Assembly (NCBI RefSeq): GCF_009914755.1
Contig: NC_060930.1
Reading direction: 5' to 3' (one strand)
Length of the DNA stretch: 64,000 nt
Source of the DNA: the human T2T-CHM13v2.0 reference genome, Homo sapiens
Below the pieces are notes generated by a model. The model ran no database searches. It was not told the DNA's origin and saw only the letters and a list, made by a program, of their open reading frames with translations. Positions 1-15,115 of the stretch are shown here, piece after piece. The position numbers were made by a program, and so were the translations under genes. Position 1 is the first letter of the stretch; each line of letters opens with the position of its first letter.

Positions 1-1595
1 CATCAGGGGAACGATCGGAAATGATACACTTTTTGAAAATGATGGATTGTCCCAACTGAGTCTAAGTACTCCCTGTTCAGAACACTTGGGACAGGTTATT
101 ATTATCCTAGCATGATTCAGAGAGGGCTCACTCCTGCCACTAACATGGAAACAAGGTGAAAGCATCTGACATTCCATCCAAGGTAGACACACCTGGCTGT
201 GGCCACTCAGGAGTCTGCTGATGCTGAACAGATGCTGAATGAGCATCTGTTCATTTCTGTGGCCTGAAAGCTGATGCCAGCAAGCTATCTGCAGAAGGCG
301 AATGGGAGTTTTGATTGCCACCGAGTTGGGTTAAATTTTGCAAAATTCCCTATGGCACTGAGTGGAGAGAAAATAGAGATTCCTCTCCATTGCAATGCAC
401 TCCTTGGAAATTTAAGAAGGTAGGGGAAATACATGGAGGATATGTGATTTTCCATGGAGACCATGCAGGTGTAGGGACAATGGCCACATGTCTTAAGCTT
501 TATTATTTCCTTCAGTAAAAATCAGTGCCAAAGAGTAGACAAAGCAATTGCCACTGAGCTCTGAGAGAGCATCCCCTGTGAGCTGCCATGAGCAGGAAAT
601 GAAGATTGTAAATGATTCCATTAGATAAACAAGTGTACCCCAGTTTAAGAGCATAAATTGTGCAGAAGGTACATTTCGAAAAGAGTGATCAGGCTGCCCC
701 ATTAGAGATGCTGTGTTCTCAGACTGCACTTTGTCCCTCAGAAGGAAGAGATGCAGGCAAAAAAAAAAAGGAAGGAGCACTTAAGCCACTGGTGTTCCAG
801 GATTAACAATAGAATGTGCTCAGAAATGGTGAGCGGTAATTGGCTTGGGTCCTTGGAGTGCACTCAAGCCATGAGCATCATTTCTATAAGAGAGCCCCTC
901 AGGTTATATGTCACCGAGTGTCCCACCTATGGCCACAGACTCTGCTTGCCACATCTCTAGGCATTCTGAAAAGGACAAAAAGAGACCCAGCTGAAAGAAG
1001 CTACAATTATTCTTGACATTTTAGAACGCACCTTTGCCATGTTCAGAATATTCTGTCACAGGCTTTAAATAAGAACTATTACAGGAGAAAGTCTGGGCAG
1101 AAGTCTCCTTTTGAAAGAGAGCTCACCTGTTTCCAGCCTTGCCTCAAATTGAAACAGATTTAACAACTGATTGAAAGGTTTTTATTTCACCCTAGTGAAA
1201 TACATTAGTAACTCCTTCTAGCTTTATGCTGGTTAACTTATGATGAAGAAATGAAATGGGGAAATACAAATTTTTTGTTAAGAGACTAGAAAGAAACAGG
1301 TCACTCAGGCTAGTATTAGGTGCAAGCTTATTAATGATATATTTTCTTCTTTATACGGCTCTGCTTTCTTCAGTTTTTCTTCAATGGGCATATGTTACTT
1401 TTATATTCAAAAAAGTTGTCAAAAAAAGAAAAAGAAAGAAAAATATTACTATTAGTCTTTAACTTGCAAAAGTAATTTTAAAAAGGCAAAATACAGTTAC
1501 TGGTTATTGTTGGCTTTTTTCTTTTTTCTTTTTTTTTTTTTTTTTTTTTTTTTTGGTTTATGAATGTTCAATTGCTCCAGCACCACCTGTTTATC

Positions 1596-1928
1596 TATTT
1601 TATTTTATTTTATTTTATTTTATTTTATTTTATTTTATTTTATTTTATTTTAAACAGGGCCTCATTCTATCACCAAAGCTGGAGTGCAATGGCACAATCA
1701 TACCTCACTGCAGCCTCAAATTCCTGGGCTCAGCCTCCTGCCCCAGCCCCCCAGGTAGCTGAGACTCTAGGCACATGCTTCCATGCCTGACAAATTTTTA
1801 AATTTTTTGTAGAGATGTAGTCTCATTATGTTGCCCAGGCTGGTCTTGAACTTCTGGCCTCAAGCAATCCTTCTGCCTCTGCTTCTCAAAGTGTTTGGGA
1901 TTACAGGCATGAGCCACCGTGCCTAGCC
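1596..1928 (-). mobile_element. Alu (AluJ-like) with (TTTTA)n tail
   Basis: Reverse-strand Alu body (ggagtgcaatggcacaatc...cagcctcaaattcctgggctc; ends gagccaccgtgcctagcc); the A-tail has become a (TTTTA)n microsatellite at ~1596-1651. Confidence 0.93.
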
Positions 1929-2574
1929 ATGGTGATTTGCTTTGACAGGTATGTGGGTGATGTCTTTTTGTTTTTTCTTTCAACTCTTACGTAATTTTCA
2001 AATTTTCTCCAAAGAACAAGTATTTTAGTTAACAAAACTTGGAGGAGCAATGGAAATTTAGAAAGAAAATGTTGCCTTACTCAATTTTAATTGTCTGGAA
2101 AGTAAGGTACAAGATTGTCATTTTAATCAGAAGAAGAATGAGCGAACTGGTCCCAAGGTGCTTCTTGAGGACAAATGGCAAGGACTAGGGAGCTTCTACC
2201 TGTGGCCAGCGGTGGGTCAGGAAGATCTTACAGTCACCAAGCAGTATGGATTTGAAGGCCTCCAAAAGCCTGTACTCCAAAACCTCTTTTCTTTCCTAAA
2301 AGAACACCCATACAAGCTTCTTGATGCCTCTGATGTTACTGCCATTCCAGTCATTATTTCTTCATCGTCTATGAATGTGTTCTCTGGAATTGCCCCTCTT
2401 AAAATGTAAATGTCCTTGAGAAAGGGATTAGCAGCCACTGGCAATTCAGGAAGATTAAAGGTGCTGTGAGAACATAGGCTAGACCCAGGCTCCAGCTCCG
2501 AGGCTTTCTCTATGTAGTAGTGAAGTCTTGTACACATTAACTTCTATTGAAATCAATTTCTCTTCTATAAAATG

Positions 2575-3907
<1,333 letters not shown>

Positions 3908-5820
3908 ATAAAATGAAGGAGTGGCTCCTTATGAGCCTCCTTGCATCTGAATTCCATCAGCATAAGTTCTCAGTTTAAATGGCTGCCTCCTTGAAACAGT
4001 GCCGAGGGAATGGACAACAAGATGGACAAGTATTCATGCGGGCAACAAGGGGAAAGGAAAAATTCAGGAGGCTGAGATATTTCAGAGGAGCCAAATTAGC
4101 CCAAGTGAACTGGGCACTGTCATGTGCCCCAAGAGCAGATCATCTCCCCAAAGAAAAATTCTCTCCACTTCACAGCTTTTCCTAAATTGGTCTTAATTCT
4201 GAATCAAGAGCCTCAGTTCAATTTTTTATCTCAGGACACCATCATATTATGTGTGGATTTTTTAAATGACATTTTCCAGAGGAATGACCGAGAGTGATAA
4301 CTCTGTTAATATTCTTGCAAAATGAGGGTCTTAAAAATCCATGGTCATTCTCCCATATGTTTACACAAACGGGGCAATGGGAGCTTCTTTCTCATCGCAA
4401 ATTCATCACAAATGAGAGGGGAGAACACATACATCAATAGTATGCTTTTCTGTAATGATAAAGGAAAGGTTTGTTTTTTCTCCTCCACCGGAAACAAGGA
4501 GACTTATTAATGAGGAAGCAGGAAGGCAGCACCAGTTTAAACAGGAATGAATCAAAGACAGAAGAAAGAAACCAGGTGTTTTCCTCCCAAATGATGTTAT
4601 TTTCTTAGAAGAAAAGTATTTTCATAATTTGAATGCATTTTCTGCTGCTACTCAATTATCCTTCTATTTTTTATTTCTATGAATGAAACAGCCATCTATG
4701 GATCAATATGACATAATTAATCCTGCAGCTTTTCATTATGGATCCCCCTGTGTTGGACCTAGATTCGGCCTATTACTGCTTGAATGGCAACGTGCTTAGC
4801 CCATCCATAAAGAGGATCTTGTTCTAAAATTAAAAGTTTGCTTTTACCAACTCTCTCTTAACATTATCAAGTTTCCTACACTGATTTGTCACAGCCCCAC
4901 TGGCTAGACTTCTCTCAAACTAGATGAACTGAATCATAAGATTACTCTGTGGGAACTGAAAGCCTAAAATAAATTGAGATGATTCATTCTGGAGCCCTTT
5001 GCTATTTTAGGATTTTCGGACAAGCTTCCTGGCATTCAGAAGTAAAAAAACGAGCCCAACTTGGCACCTTGATTTGTTAACTCAGAGAGATCCCGTCAGT
5101 CCTGCCCTGAATTCATGTGGAACTCAATGATGCCAAGGTGATTAAGAGGGAAAATGTTGCCACATCACTGCTGAAGTTTTGTATGTCAATTCATCATTTG
5201 TTTTTTTGAGATAGCTAGCATGCCAATATGATTAAAGGATACCCAAAATAGATTACATTAAGATTACCTTAACAGAATCAATTAAGAGTAATAAGATTAT
5301 AACTCATGGAACCAGAAATAAAATTATTTTTACCATAAGTAAGCCAACCATTCCTCTGGACATGAAGTCTAAACAATAGATCAGTAAACACTATAAGGTC
5401 AAGTCATAGCCAATCTTTAAAAAGTAAACAAACTAACCAACCACTTAAAGCATGTGCCTTCTGAGTAGTTTTTCCAGCAGTTGATGAATTTAGACTGTTT
5501 TATCCACACTCTCATCAATTTCTTCTCCTGACCAATGCTACATATTTGTAAGATGGTAAAACAAACCTAGTATAAGACATTAGCTACTGAGAACTGACCA
5601 ACACAGGCACTGACCCAGAGACGTGGGCTGTGCCTCCATCTTGTGGGAAAACACACATTTGACAGACCACAGGCATGACAGTAAGCTACTAAACCTGGGA
5701 GCCCACACCTCAAAGTAAACAGCATAATTTAAGTGGTATATTATGACAATGGAACAAAAATCTGAACATAACCAGTACTAAAATTTTTTTTAATCTTTGT
5801 CTTTTTGCAAGCAATCTCTA

Positions 5821-6217
5821 TGTGTCGGTCTGTTTTACATTGCTATAAAAAAAATACCTGAAGCTGGGTAATTTATAAAGAAAAGAGGTTTATTTCGCCT
5901 ACTGCTCTGGAGGTGGTACAAGAAGCATGGTGTCAGTATGTGGGCTTCAGGGAGCTTCCATTCATGGCAGAAGGTGAAGGGGAGTAGGCATCACATGACA
6001 AGAGAGGAGGAAGACTGAGGGGAAGAAGGTGCTAGGCTCTTTTTAACAATCAGATTTCGCAGGAACTAATAGAGAGAGAACTCACTCATTACCGCAAGGA
6101 TGGCACCAAGGTGGTCATGAGATCTGCCCCCATAACCCAAACACCTCCCACTAGCTCCAACAGGGGGATCAAATTTCAACATGAGATTTGGAGGGGGCAA
6201 ATATCCAAACCATCACA
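5821..6217 (-). mobile_element. MaLR solo LTR (MST family, MSTB-like)
   Basis: tg...ca termini; gctgggtaatttataaagaaaagaggttta and aaatttcaacatgagatttggagggggcaaatatccaaacc match MST consensus. Confidence 0.9.
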
Positions 6218-7707
6218 TTCTGTTTTTGCAAAGTATATTCAAAATATCCCATAAGCCAAAACCTAGGTTGGTTTTCTCAACACTAATAACAGTATAGCTA
6301 ACGCCTATACAGTACCTACACGTGCCAGATACCATTCTTAATGATTTATGTAAATTAAGTCATTTAACTCAAACTAACTCCACCTGTATTATTTCAACCA
6401 AATTCTGGTGCTTGGTTGATTGTCAAGAATACTGTCTTTGAGCAAACGGGTTCCTTATTCTAGGCCCTGCCCTTTAAAAGGCCTTAGTCTACTCCTTCTC
6501 CAGCCATGCCCTTCCCATATCCATAGTCTGTAAAGAACCAGGAGAACATGCCCACCGGAGCCAATACTTCTAGATACAATCCTAGTACCTGAGACCTGAG
6601 ACTCTACGTACACATCATAGAGCCTGCTTCCCAGACCTGAGCAGGCCTGTTCCCTTGGAGCTGATAGTTGTTGAATGGATGTACTGAAAAGGATGTGAAT
6701 AAATTATTTAATTAATTGATTAGCACACAAACATTAGTGTGTGATTTTTTAAGAATCTCTTGTGATTGCCAGGAGAATTTTTTTTTATTTTGCCTCCTGA
6801 TTTCTTATCTCTTTTCTGGAAAAGCGAGGCTGTCCATTTAGGCAACGTGTCCTACAAATTACAATACAAAAAGCAGCACTCAGTGGAAACAAATTTGTGA
6901 CAGTGGCATTTTGTCTGAGAATTTAAAATTCTTTAAAATATTGATTTAAAAAAATTAATTCTTAAATACTTGACTCTTTACAGATAAGGGATCCTCTTCC
7001 AATAACATTTCATTATGCTTTTCAAAAAATACTCCCAGTATTTTCAGTTAGCAGACAGAATAATTAACCAAATTTCTAAATACCTTTCTGTTCTTTGGCC
7101 TCCTGTAGTAGATGCAATATTTCATCTCTTAGTCATTTTAGCCAGGGTCCTTTCTGATTGTTTTATGACTTAATTACAATGATTACATCATGTTTATAGA
7201 CTATGCCTGCCCAGCACAGTGCAAGCTTTCATATCACACCCTTAACAGAGAAGAATCAATGGGTATGCTTGCTGGATACAAAATCAACTAATGGGCTACA
7301 ACTGTGAAGCAGGAAGCTTTTCCAAGAAAACATACAACATCATTAGTTGAGGAGACTGTATCTCATACAGCAAGACTTGGTGTCTGCTTTTCAACCCAGA
7401 GACTTCAAACAGACCTAATAGATCTTTTAGTCTTCATTTAAGGAAAGCTCAGGGTGCAGAATCCAGCATCCCTTGTTTTTTCTCATCACTATGACAAGTA
7501 GTAGCAATCTTGTGGGAAAAAAAAAATGCCAGGAGAGTATCATGAAACTAGCTGCACTCAAATATAAAAACGGTATTTTTTTTCTTTCTTGGATTTGCTT
7601 CATACCCTGGAAGCAACCAGCTAATTTATATACGCCCAAGCCTAGACCCAGATTCAAGACTTCCCTGTCCCAAGTTGCTGGGAAGACTATCACAGCACAT
7701 TTTAGAG

Positions 7708-7910
7708 CAGAGCTTCTGAACTAGGAGAGATTCTGCACACGCAGAGGACATGTGGCCACGTCTGGAGACATTTTTGCTGGTCATAACTCCAGGTAGGAGG
7801 AGAGGGTCAAACTGGTATCTAGTTAACAGCCCACAATGCACAAGACAGCCCCCCACAGCAAAGAATTGTTCATCTCAAAATGCCAATAGTGCCAAAGTTA
7901 AGAAACGCTG
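7708..7910 (+). mobile_element. MER20 (hAT-Charlie) non-autonomous DNA transposon
   Basis: gtctggagacattttt...cacaatgcacaagacagcccccacagcaaagaatt...gttaagaaacgctg; CAG/CTG termini; 8-bp TSD ttttagag/ttttagaa. Confidence 0.9.
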
Positions 7911-10900
7911 TTTTAGAAGGACAAAGGCGGGTGAAAACAATGCAGAATGCTGCTAGTGTTGAGACATGAATGGTTTCCCCTCTCAGGTGTTCCTACCCAC
8001 ATACCCCAAGAAAAACTTAGATTGTTTATGGAGTCAGGTTGGGACCACACAAATTGAACTTGTGGGTGGTGCAGAATCAAATATAATTCTGTGTTGCCAT
8101 AGAACACCTTTCCCTATGGAGATCAAAATGCTTTTCAGAGAGAGTTATTCCATGGGGAGAGGGAACTGAGAGTCGCAGGGATCCATATTTCACAGGTGAG
8201 AAAACAGGAGGCCAGGAGAGGTTATCATTTGCTCAAGGTTATTCCATGAATCACATTCAGAGCTCAGCAAATGAAGAGAGGCCAGACACAGGAGAGAATT
8301 CTGAAAGAATGTAAAAGGACAGAAAATGATCTTGGCTGTATGTCATTTTGGTGGCACAAATCTTTTCTATATCCTGAGCTCCTGGTGTCAAGAAAAGCAA
8401 GGTCTCCCGTACGGGACAGCTTGTGGGTTTCTCCCCAGAAGTAGCAGCCCCTGAGGAATCCCTCATCTCCTCCCTGCTAACCAAAGTGTCCTCACCTGAC
8501 AAACCCAATTCCCAGGGCTATTTTGCAGATGTTTATACTGTCAGCTGATTTAATGGACTGCAGAAATGAGCAGGTCTGTTCGTTAAAATAGTCATCATAA
8601 TGAAAAAGATGGGCAACATCTGCCCTTATTCTCTGTCAGTCTGTCACATCTCTGTAGCTCCTTCTGATCAATCACTGTGGTATGCATTATGTAAACGCCA
8701 AAGATGAAATGTCAGCCTACGTATTTAATTGTTCTTATAAGCCTTATGGGAAGATGACTGGTGGGCCCTGCTGTTTCCCTTTAAAACCAGCATTAATTGG
8801 CACCTTTGTTATCTAGCCATGGAGATCCTAATTGGAATGGTTTTAAGGCTCCAGTAATGCTTTTAATGGGAAACATGATTCAGGATGATTCTTACTAGAT
8901 GGAAAAGTGCAGGGAAATCTCAGAAACTCTATGATCCCAGTAATATTTGATCAAGAATATTCACGGACACTAGGTCTCGTATATTTGTTCACAAGGTAAA
9001 GAGGAATCCAAAAAAGCCTGGAGGTGAACACTTTCTATTTTCACCTAAGAAACAAAGGAACCCTGTAGAAAGAGGGGAAGCATATTCCCAGATAACTGGG
9101 GCATACAAAGTGAAGGGGTCATTTTCTCCCACCAATTCCTGGGCTACGTTGGGTAGCATGCATTTGTCCATCTTCAGGGGCAGGATCATGATATAAGAAT
9201 GGACTTTGTCATCAAATACCCTACTGGGCCATGAATCTTCCTTAAGATATCTCCAATAACAAAATTTATGTTTCTGCTTTAATATTTTCAATGAGGAGGC
9301 ATTCACTGCTTTCTAGGATTCCATTTAGATGGGAGTCATTTAAAAGGATAAAAGATGCAAACCCTGAAATATCTCAGTGCATTCAGCATAACATAAACAG
9401 TATTACTAAGAATTTTCTATCTATAAATACAAACTCTCTTGTTCAACTTACTTAAAGTGAAAAAAAATTTGAAGCTGCCTTCAAGTCTCTATAATCAAAT
9501 TTTTGTCTTATTTGCAAATATACACAGTATATGAATTAACTTATTTTCATCCCGGAGGACAAGTAATTTTTAACCTACCCTGTGCTAAGAGAAAAGATTT
9601 TCCCTACCCTCAAATTAGGTTCTGTCCCATCCTACACACAAGAAAGCTGGGAATGCAATGGCAGTGCAAAGCCTACTACCAAGATAAAACTCAATACTGA
9701 AAATTCCAAACTTCCACTTAGTTCCATATTCAATATGATCCATGTATGATTATTGGAAATAAATGGCTACATAAAGCTGCTGAAACAAATACAATGAGGT
9801 AAATGGCAAATGAGACCACCTATGATATTTGAAATAAAAGTTTATTTTCTCATGCAAGATAAACTATAATTATTACATGAGACAGCTGGAGGTTCTCTTG
9901 TGTTCCACTTAAATGGGACTTCAGACATGAATAGAGCTGTGTCTCTTCGTTCTGTATTTACTTAAAGATGGATAACAAGAAGCTACCATATTGCCCCTAG
10001 GTTTTCTCTCCTTGTTTATTTGAAAAAGTGCAAGCAATCCATTAAGGTTAAAGAGATAACATTAAGGAATGCAGCTGCGATGGTTGTACAGTAGATTACT
10101 CTGGTCTGAGCTTAATCTAGGGACTTGTTTAAATAAGCTTTTCAATTTTAATTAAAATGAAATGGGCCCTGGAAGAAAATGCATCTCCTCCAGCGAGGAT
10201 TGTATTCAGCTTGTTCTCTGTAATTTTGCCCATCACGCTGTTGGTTGTTGCTTTTTCCACAGCTCTTAAATGGTGTCTAAATTGACCGGCTCTGTTGCCA
10301 AGGAAACGGACAGGACAATGCTAATAGAAGCTACTTAGGACACACTGTGAAAGGCTTAGAAATAAAATTGTTTGACATGAAAGGCACCATGTCAGCAGCC
10401 AGGCAACTCTGTTAAAGGCTGTACTAAGCAGAAGATAGGTACATGTCTCCCCTCCTCTTTTCCCTCAAAATCTCTTCTAGAAAATGGATTCTGTCCTAGG
10501 AGCTTGGACAGCTTTTCCTATCACAATCACTTTATCTTTCTAACTCAAAGTAGAGAAAAATCTTTATGTTGTGGTGTTGAAGCACCCAGAATAGACTTCA
10601 ATTTATACCCATGGAAATGAGCTGCTTTTTTTTTTCTTTCTAGCAACAAAGTCCTTTCGTCTCATGAATAAATTGCAAATATTCTTCTGAATTTTCTAAG
10701 ATTGTTAATTAAAATCCACTTGATTTAAGCTGCTTCTCCCATTTTGCACTGACAAACCATAAATTATGGAGGAGGTCAAAGAATGAATGGCAATTTGACA
10801 TGAAGAGGTTGATTTATTGCTTCAGAAGGATTTTTATACCAGATGTGGCAGAAGTCATAAATTAAATGCTAAATGTTATGTATTATTACGCTTTCAGGAA

Positions 10901-11896
10901 TATAAATGTGTCTAAAATACTATGCAGGTGGAATGATAAAAATATGAATCTACTCTCCTGGCAATTTTAAAAGGCCCTTTAAAGCTGTCAAAAAGAAAAT
11001 AAGCTGAAAAACAATCTAGATAGACCCCTTAGATGCCTTTTACAGCCTGCCCCTGGTTTATAAAAGCAACCTCCTCCTGTAATACGCTGGACATTGGCTT
11101 GTGGTGGCTTGGATGGAAAAGAGCTAAAGAATTCTTTCATCTGGAAAAAAAAAAAAAGAGGAAGTGAGATAGAAAAAAAAAGGTCCAGAGAGATCTGTGC
11201 TTCTGTGACATTATGACATGCGTCCAGATAATTATTTCTCATCCATCCCTCTATAGATGACCATAATTTAATTTATCAACCATCATTTGAAAGCCAATTT
11301 GGACACAATAAAGCTTGCCTAGCTTCACCTAGCAGCTGCAGTGGCTATAGTTATTGAATTTTAAAATATAAAAACAGGAAAAGCTTCTGGTATGTGAAAG
11401 CTTGGAGCTGGAAATAACAGCAGTAGAAAAATTCACTGGGTGGCAGAAGTTGTGAATGCAAGGACTCAGTTTGAGGTGGAAACCCATTTTGATCTTGCAA
11501 TTGAGTGGTAGAACTCAAAGCAAAGGCCGATAGACGGCTGAAGCCCAGGGTTACAGTCCTTCTGGGCACAAATGTGGAAGAGGTGGTTTGTCTGACTCCA
11601 GCATCCTTTTTCCCACCACTATATCCCCATCTCCTAATTCCCCACCCCTCCAAGGCCCAGATAAACAGTCTCCACTTGTTCAGGACTTCAACGGAGATAT
11701 TCCACTCAGTCCTGCTTATGCCAGGTTTGAAAATCACCTCCCTGTCTAGCGTGCACCCCAGTCCCATGAGGAGTAGACAGGCAACTGCATCCTTGACATC
11801 CATGTGGAACATTAGCCCCACTGGCAGGAGCTCCACATGGTGCCTGTGCACCATGCCCATCTAATGTTCACCTGGTCCCTGGTGAGAAAAGCCTCC

Positions 11897-12259
11897 TGAT
11901 ATGATTTGGCTCTGTGTCCCCACTCAAATCTCTCCTTGAAATGTAATAATCCCCACATGTCAAGGGCAGGACCAGGTGGAGATAAATGAATCATGGGGAT
12001 GGTTCCCCCATGCTGTTCTTGTGATAATGAGTGAGTTCTCATGAGATCTGATCATTTGATCATTTCCCCATTTTGCTCTGCGCTACTCTCTCCTGCCACC
12101 ATGTGAGGAAGAACATGTTTGCTTTCCCTTCCACCATGATTGTAAGTTCCCTGAGGTCTCCCCAGCTATGTGGAACTGTGAGTCAATTAAACTTCTTTCC
12201 TTTATAAATTACCCAGTCTCGGGTATGTCATTATAGCAGCGTGAGAACAAACTAATACA
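11897..12259 (+). mobile_element. THE1 solo LTR (THE1C-like)
   Basis: tgatatgatttggctctgtgtcccca...aataatccccacatgtcaagggcaggaccaggtgg...gtgagaacaaactaataca; ctcc on both flanks. Confidence 0.93.
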
Positions 12260-12495
12260 CTCCCTGAGCAAAACAGGTAACAAAACATGGCCATTTTCCT
12301 GAGTCATCTCAGAGTTCTCTGCCATGGCTCCTCACTGGATACACTTGCTGCCTCCACCCTGCTAGAGAATGGCCTCATGGAAGACATGGGCCAGTTGCAC
12401 CATGCACAAGGGACAAAGCCACAGAGATTGAGAGTGCATGTGTTAAGAACACTCCGAAGGAAAGTAAGGGTCTCCAAGGCATTTGGTGCTTTCAG

Positions 12496-12699
12496 GATGG
12501 TTGCCAGATTTAACAAATTTAAATACAGGACACCCAGGTGAATTTGATTTTCAGATAAATGAGGAATAATTTGTTAGTATAACTACATCCCATGCAATAC
12601 TATGGACATATTTATACTATTTTCAAAAAGTTTAAAAGACAGTGTCATTGTTTAAATACAAATTTAGCCAGGTATCTTGTATTTTATCTAGCAACTCTA
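12496..12699. mobile_element. MER53-like hAT MITE
   Basis: ggttgccagatttaacaaatttaaatacaggacaccc ... cttgtattttatctagcaactcta; imperfect inverted ends. Confidence 0.85.
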
Positions 12700-13354
12700 G
12701 GTCTGAGGCAATGCCAGTTAACTTAAGATGATCACTACCTCATATCAGCAACGGTTGGCAGCATCTTGATAAAGAACATCTCCATTTCACAGCCACCATG
12801 CAGCCATCACTCTAGCATCAAGCTTCTGCTCCAAGCAAAATCATATTTCTAGTAATTCCCACCACCAAATCAACAGGATCATGGTTCAGGTATAGTGTGG
12901 GAAAACTAAATCAGGAAATTAGGACAATGCTCAAAAAGTGTAGGAAAAAAAGAAGCGCTGCTTATACCACAAGCTTTTCAGAGAGCCATCAAGCTTTCCT
13001 CTCTTTGAACAACGTGGTAATAAATGACCAGGCACAAAAGGCAAATGCTAGGTTGGGCCAGGAAACACAATAGTAGCCCCCTCAGCCTGTGTTCCCAGCA
13101 TCATTTCTCCCCAGCTCCAATGAAGGTCATTATGACAGACCTTGGTCAGTGCTGACTTTCTTTTGGATCCCAAGAATAAAAGCAGGGGAGACATTCTATT
13201 CTACACATATACACAATCTTATCAACACCCAACAAGAATTATGTGTTCAAAAAGAAATTCCCTAAAAGGACACCTGTCAAAACAACTTCAGAAAAATCTC
13301 TTTTTCATGTCCCTGTAAGAAAAAAGTAAACTTCCCTTTGAAAGGCCCTTCTCC

Positions 13355-13830
13355 ATTCCTCAAAATATTTAACATAGAATTTCCATATGATCCAACAAGT
13401 CCACTCCCAGTTACATATTCAAAAAAACTGAAAACAGGAACTCAAACATATTTGTACACCAGTGTTCATTGAAGCATTATTATCAAATATCCCAATATGG
13501 GAAACAACCAAGATGTTCATCAATAGATCGATGGATAAACAAAATGTGATATATCCATAGACTGGAATATTATTTAGCCCTAAAAAGTTATAAAGGTCTG
13601 ATATGTGCTACAACATGAATAACCTTAAAAATATCACACTAAGTGAAAGAAGCCGGACACAAAGGGATAAGTATCATATGACTCCATTTACATGAGGTAC
13701 CTAGGATCAGCAAATTCATAGAGACAGAAAGTAGAATAGCAGTTACCAGAGAGTGGGAGAAGGGTATGAGAGGGTTATTGTTTAAGGGTACAGAGTATCT
13801 GGAATGATTTTTAAAAGTTTTGGAAAAAGT
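13355..13830 (+). mobile_element. Old L1 (L1MB-like) ORF2 end / 3'UTR fragment
   Basis: ccatatgatccaacaagtccactcc...gatggataaacaaaatgtg...gagacagaaagtagaatagcagttaccagag. Confidence 0.85.
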
Positions 13831-14522
13831 TTGCTTCCATTTTATGAGACTGCTTTCAAATTAGCACCCACATTCTATAGAAATGGAAAGAGAATCCTGG
13901 AAGATTGTAATTTCCCTCTCAAGAAAGGAAGAAGGACAACAGATCACATGTCCATAAAGAGTACTTATTAGGTTCAAGCCATTTATAGTACATGTTATTC
14001 GGCACAACATACTTGTCAAATTTGGATAAAAGGCTAAAAGCGAGTAGCAGTTCCAACCAATTATTTTCAGGTCCTCAAGCAAACATGATAGAAGAGTGTA
14101 GGCAAAGCATGAGAAGAGAAATAGCATGGTGCCCAACACCATGATTTTTCAGGCCATGACCTTGGCTGGCCTTCCGTATTGAAGAAAAAAAACAAAGAAG
14201 CTCTACTGGGACCAGAGAATGGTTCCAGAAATCAAGGATTCAAAAGTGCATCATAGCCTCTAAAGTTAGGCAAAGTTAACATTAGCTATGTTAGACCACA
14301 GAGAAAATATGCCTCATCCAGAGATGCCTACAACATAAAAATTGCTCAATAAGGAACCATTATCGCCATCACAGTTTCAGAACTCTGCTAAGTATATGTG
14401 GCTTAAAGAACAGTAGGGGAAAAAAAACAAAGAGAATTATGACACTGCAGGAGGTGAGTGGAGGTAAGCAAAGTGAGGCACATGTCAAAGTAAAGATAAA
14501 TAATAGTTTTGACATGACATGT

Positions 14523-14889
14523 TGATATGGTTTGGCTGTGTGTCCCCACCCAGATCTCATCTTGTAGCTCCCATAATTCCCACATGTTGTGGGAGAGACG
14601 TGGTGGGAGATGACTGAAACATGGGGGCGGGTCTTTCCTGTGCTGTTCTTATGATAGTAAATGGGTCTCAAGAGGTCTGACGGTTTTTTAAAACAGGAGT
14701 TTCTCTGCACAAGCTCTCTCTTTGCCTGCTGCCATCCCTGTGAGATGTGACTTGCTCCTCCTTGCTTTCCACCATGATTGTGAGGCCTCCCCAGCCACAT
14801 GGAACTGTAAGGGTAATAAGCCTCTTTGTTTTGTAAATTGCCCAGTCTCAGGTATGCCTTTATCAGCAGTGTGAAAATGGACTAATACA
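14523..14889 (+). mobile_element. THE1 solo LTR (THE1A-like)
   Basis: tgatatggtttggctgtg...gcacaagctctctctttgcctgctgccatc...gtgaaaatggactaataca. Confidence 0.93.
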
Positions 14890-14929
14890 CAACTTATGTT
14901 TGAAAAATAATAACTGTATTTTGTTTTAC

Positions 14930-15115
14930 CAAGTGCTATCTACATGCCAGGCACTGTGCTCAAAGTTTATATGTGTTATCTTTAACAATTACAGCACTTC
15001 TAAAAGGATGGTATGATTAGCCCCAGTGAGGTTCTTGAGGCTTAGGGTGAGGCAATAATTTCTGCAAGACCTCAGGATGATAAGTGGTGAAGACTAGGTT
15101 ACACCCTCTGCCTGG
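14930..15115 (-). mobile_element. MIR SINE
   Basis: tgccaggcactgtgctc...gaggcttagggtgaggcaataatttctgcaagacctcag resembles the reverse-strand MIR core. Confidence 0.7.

Noticed and set aside
1509-1553. Isolated poly-T tract as a separate retro-insertion
   Set aside because: No element body or TSD identifiable; treated as simple low-complexity sequence
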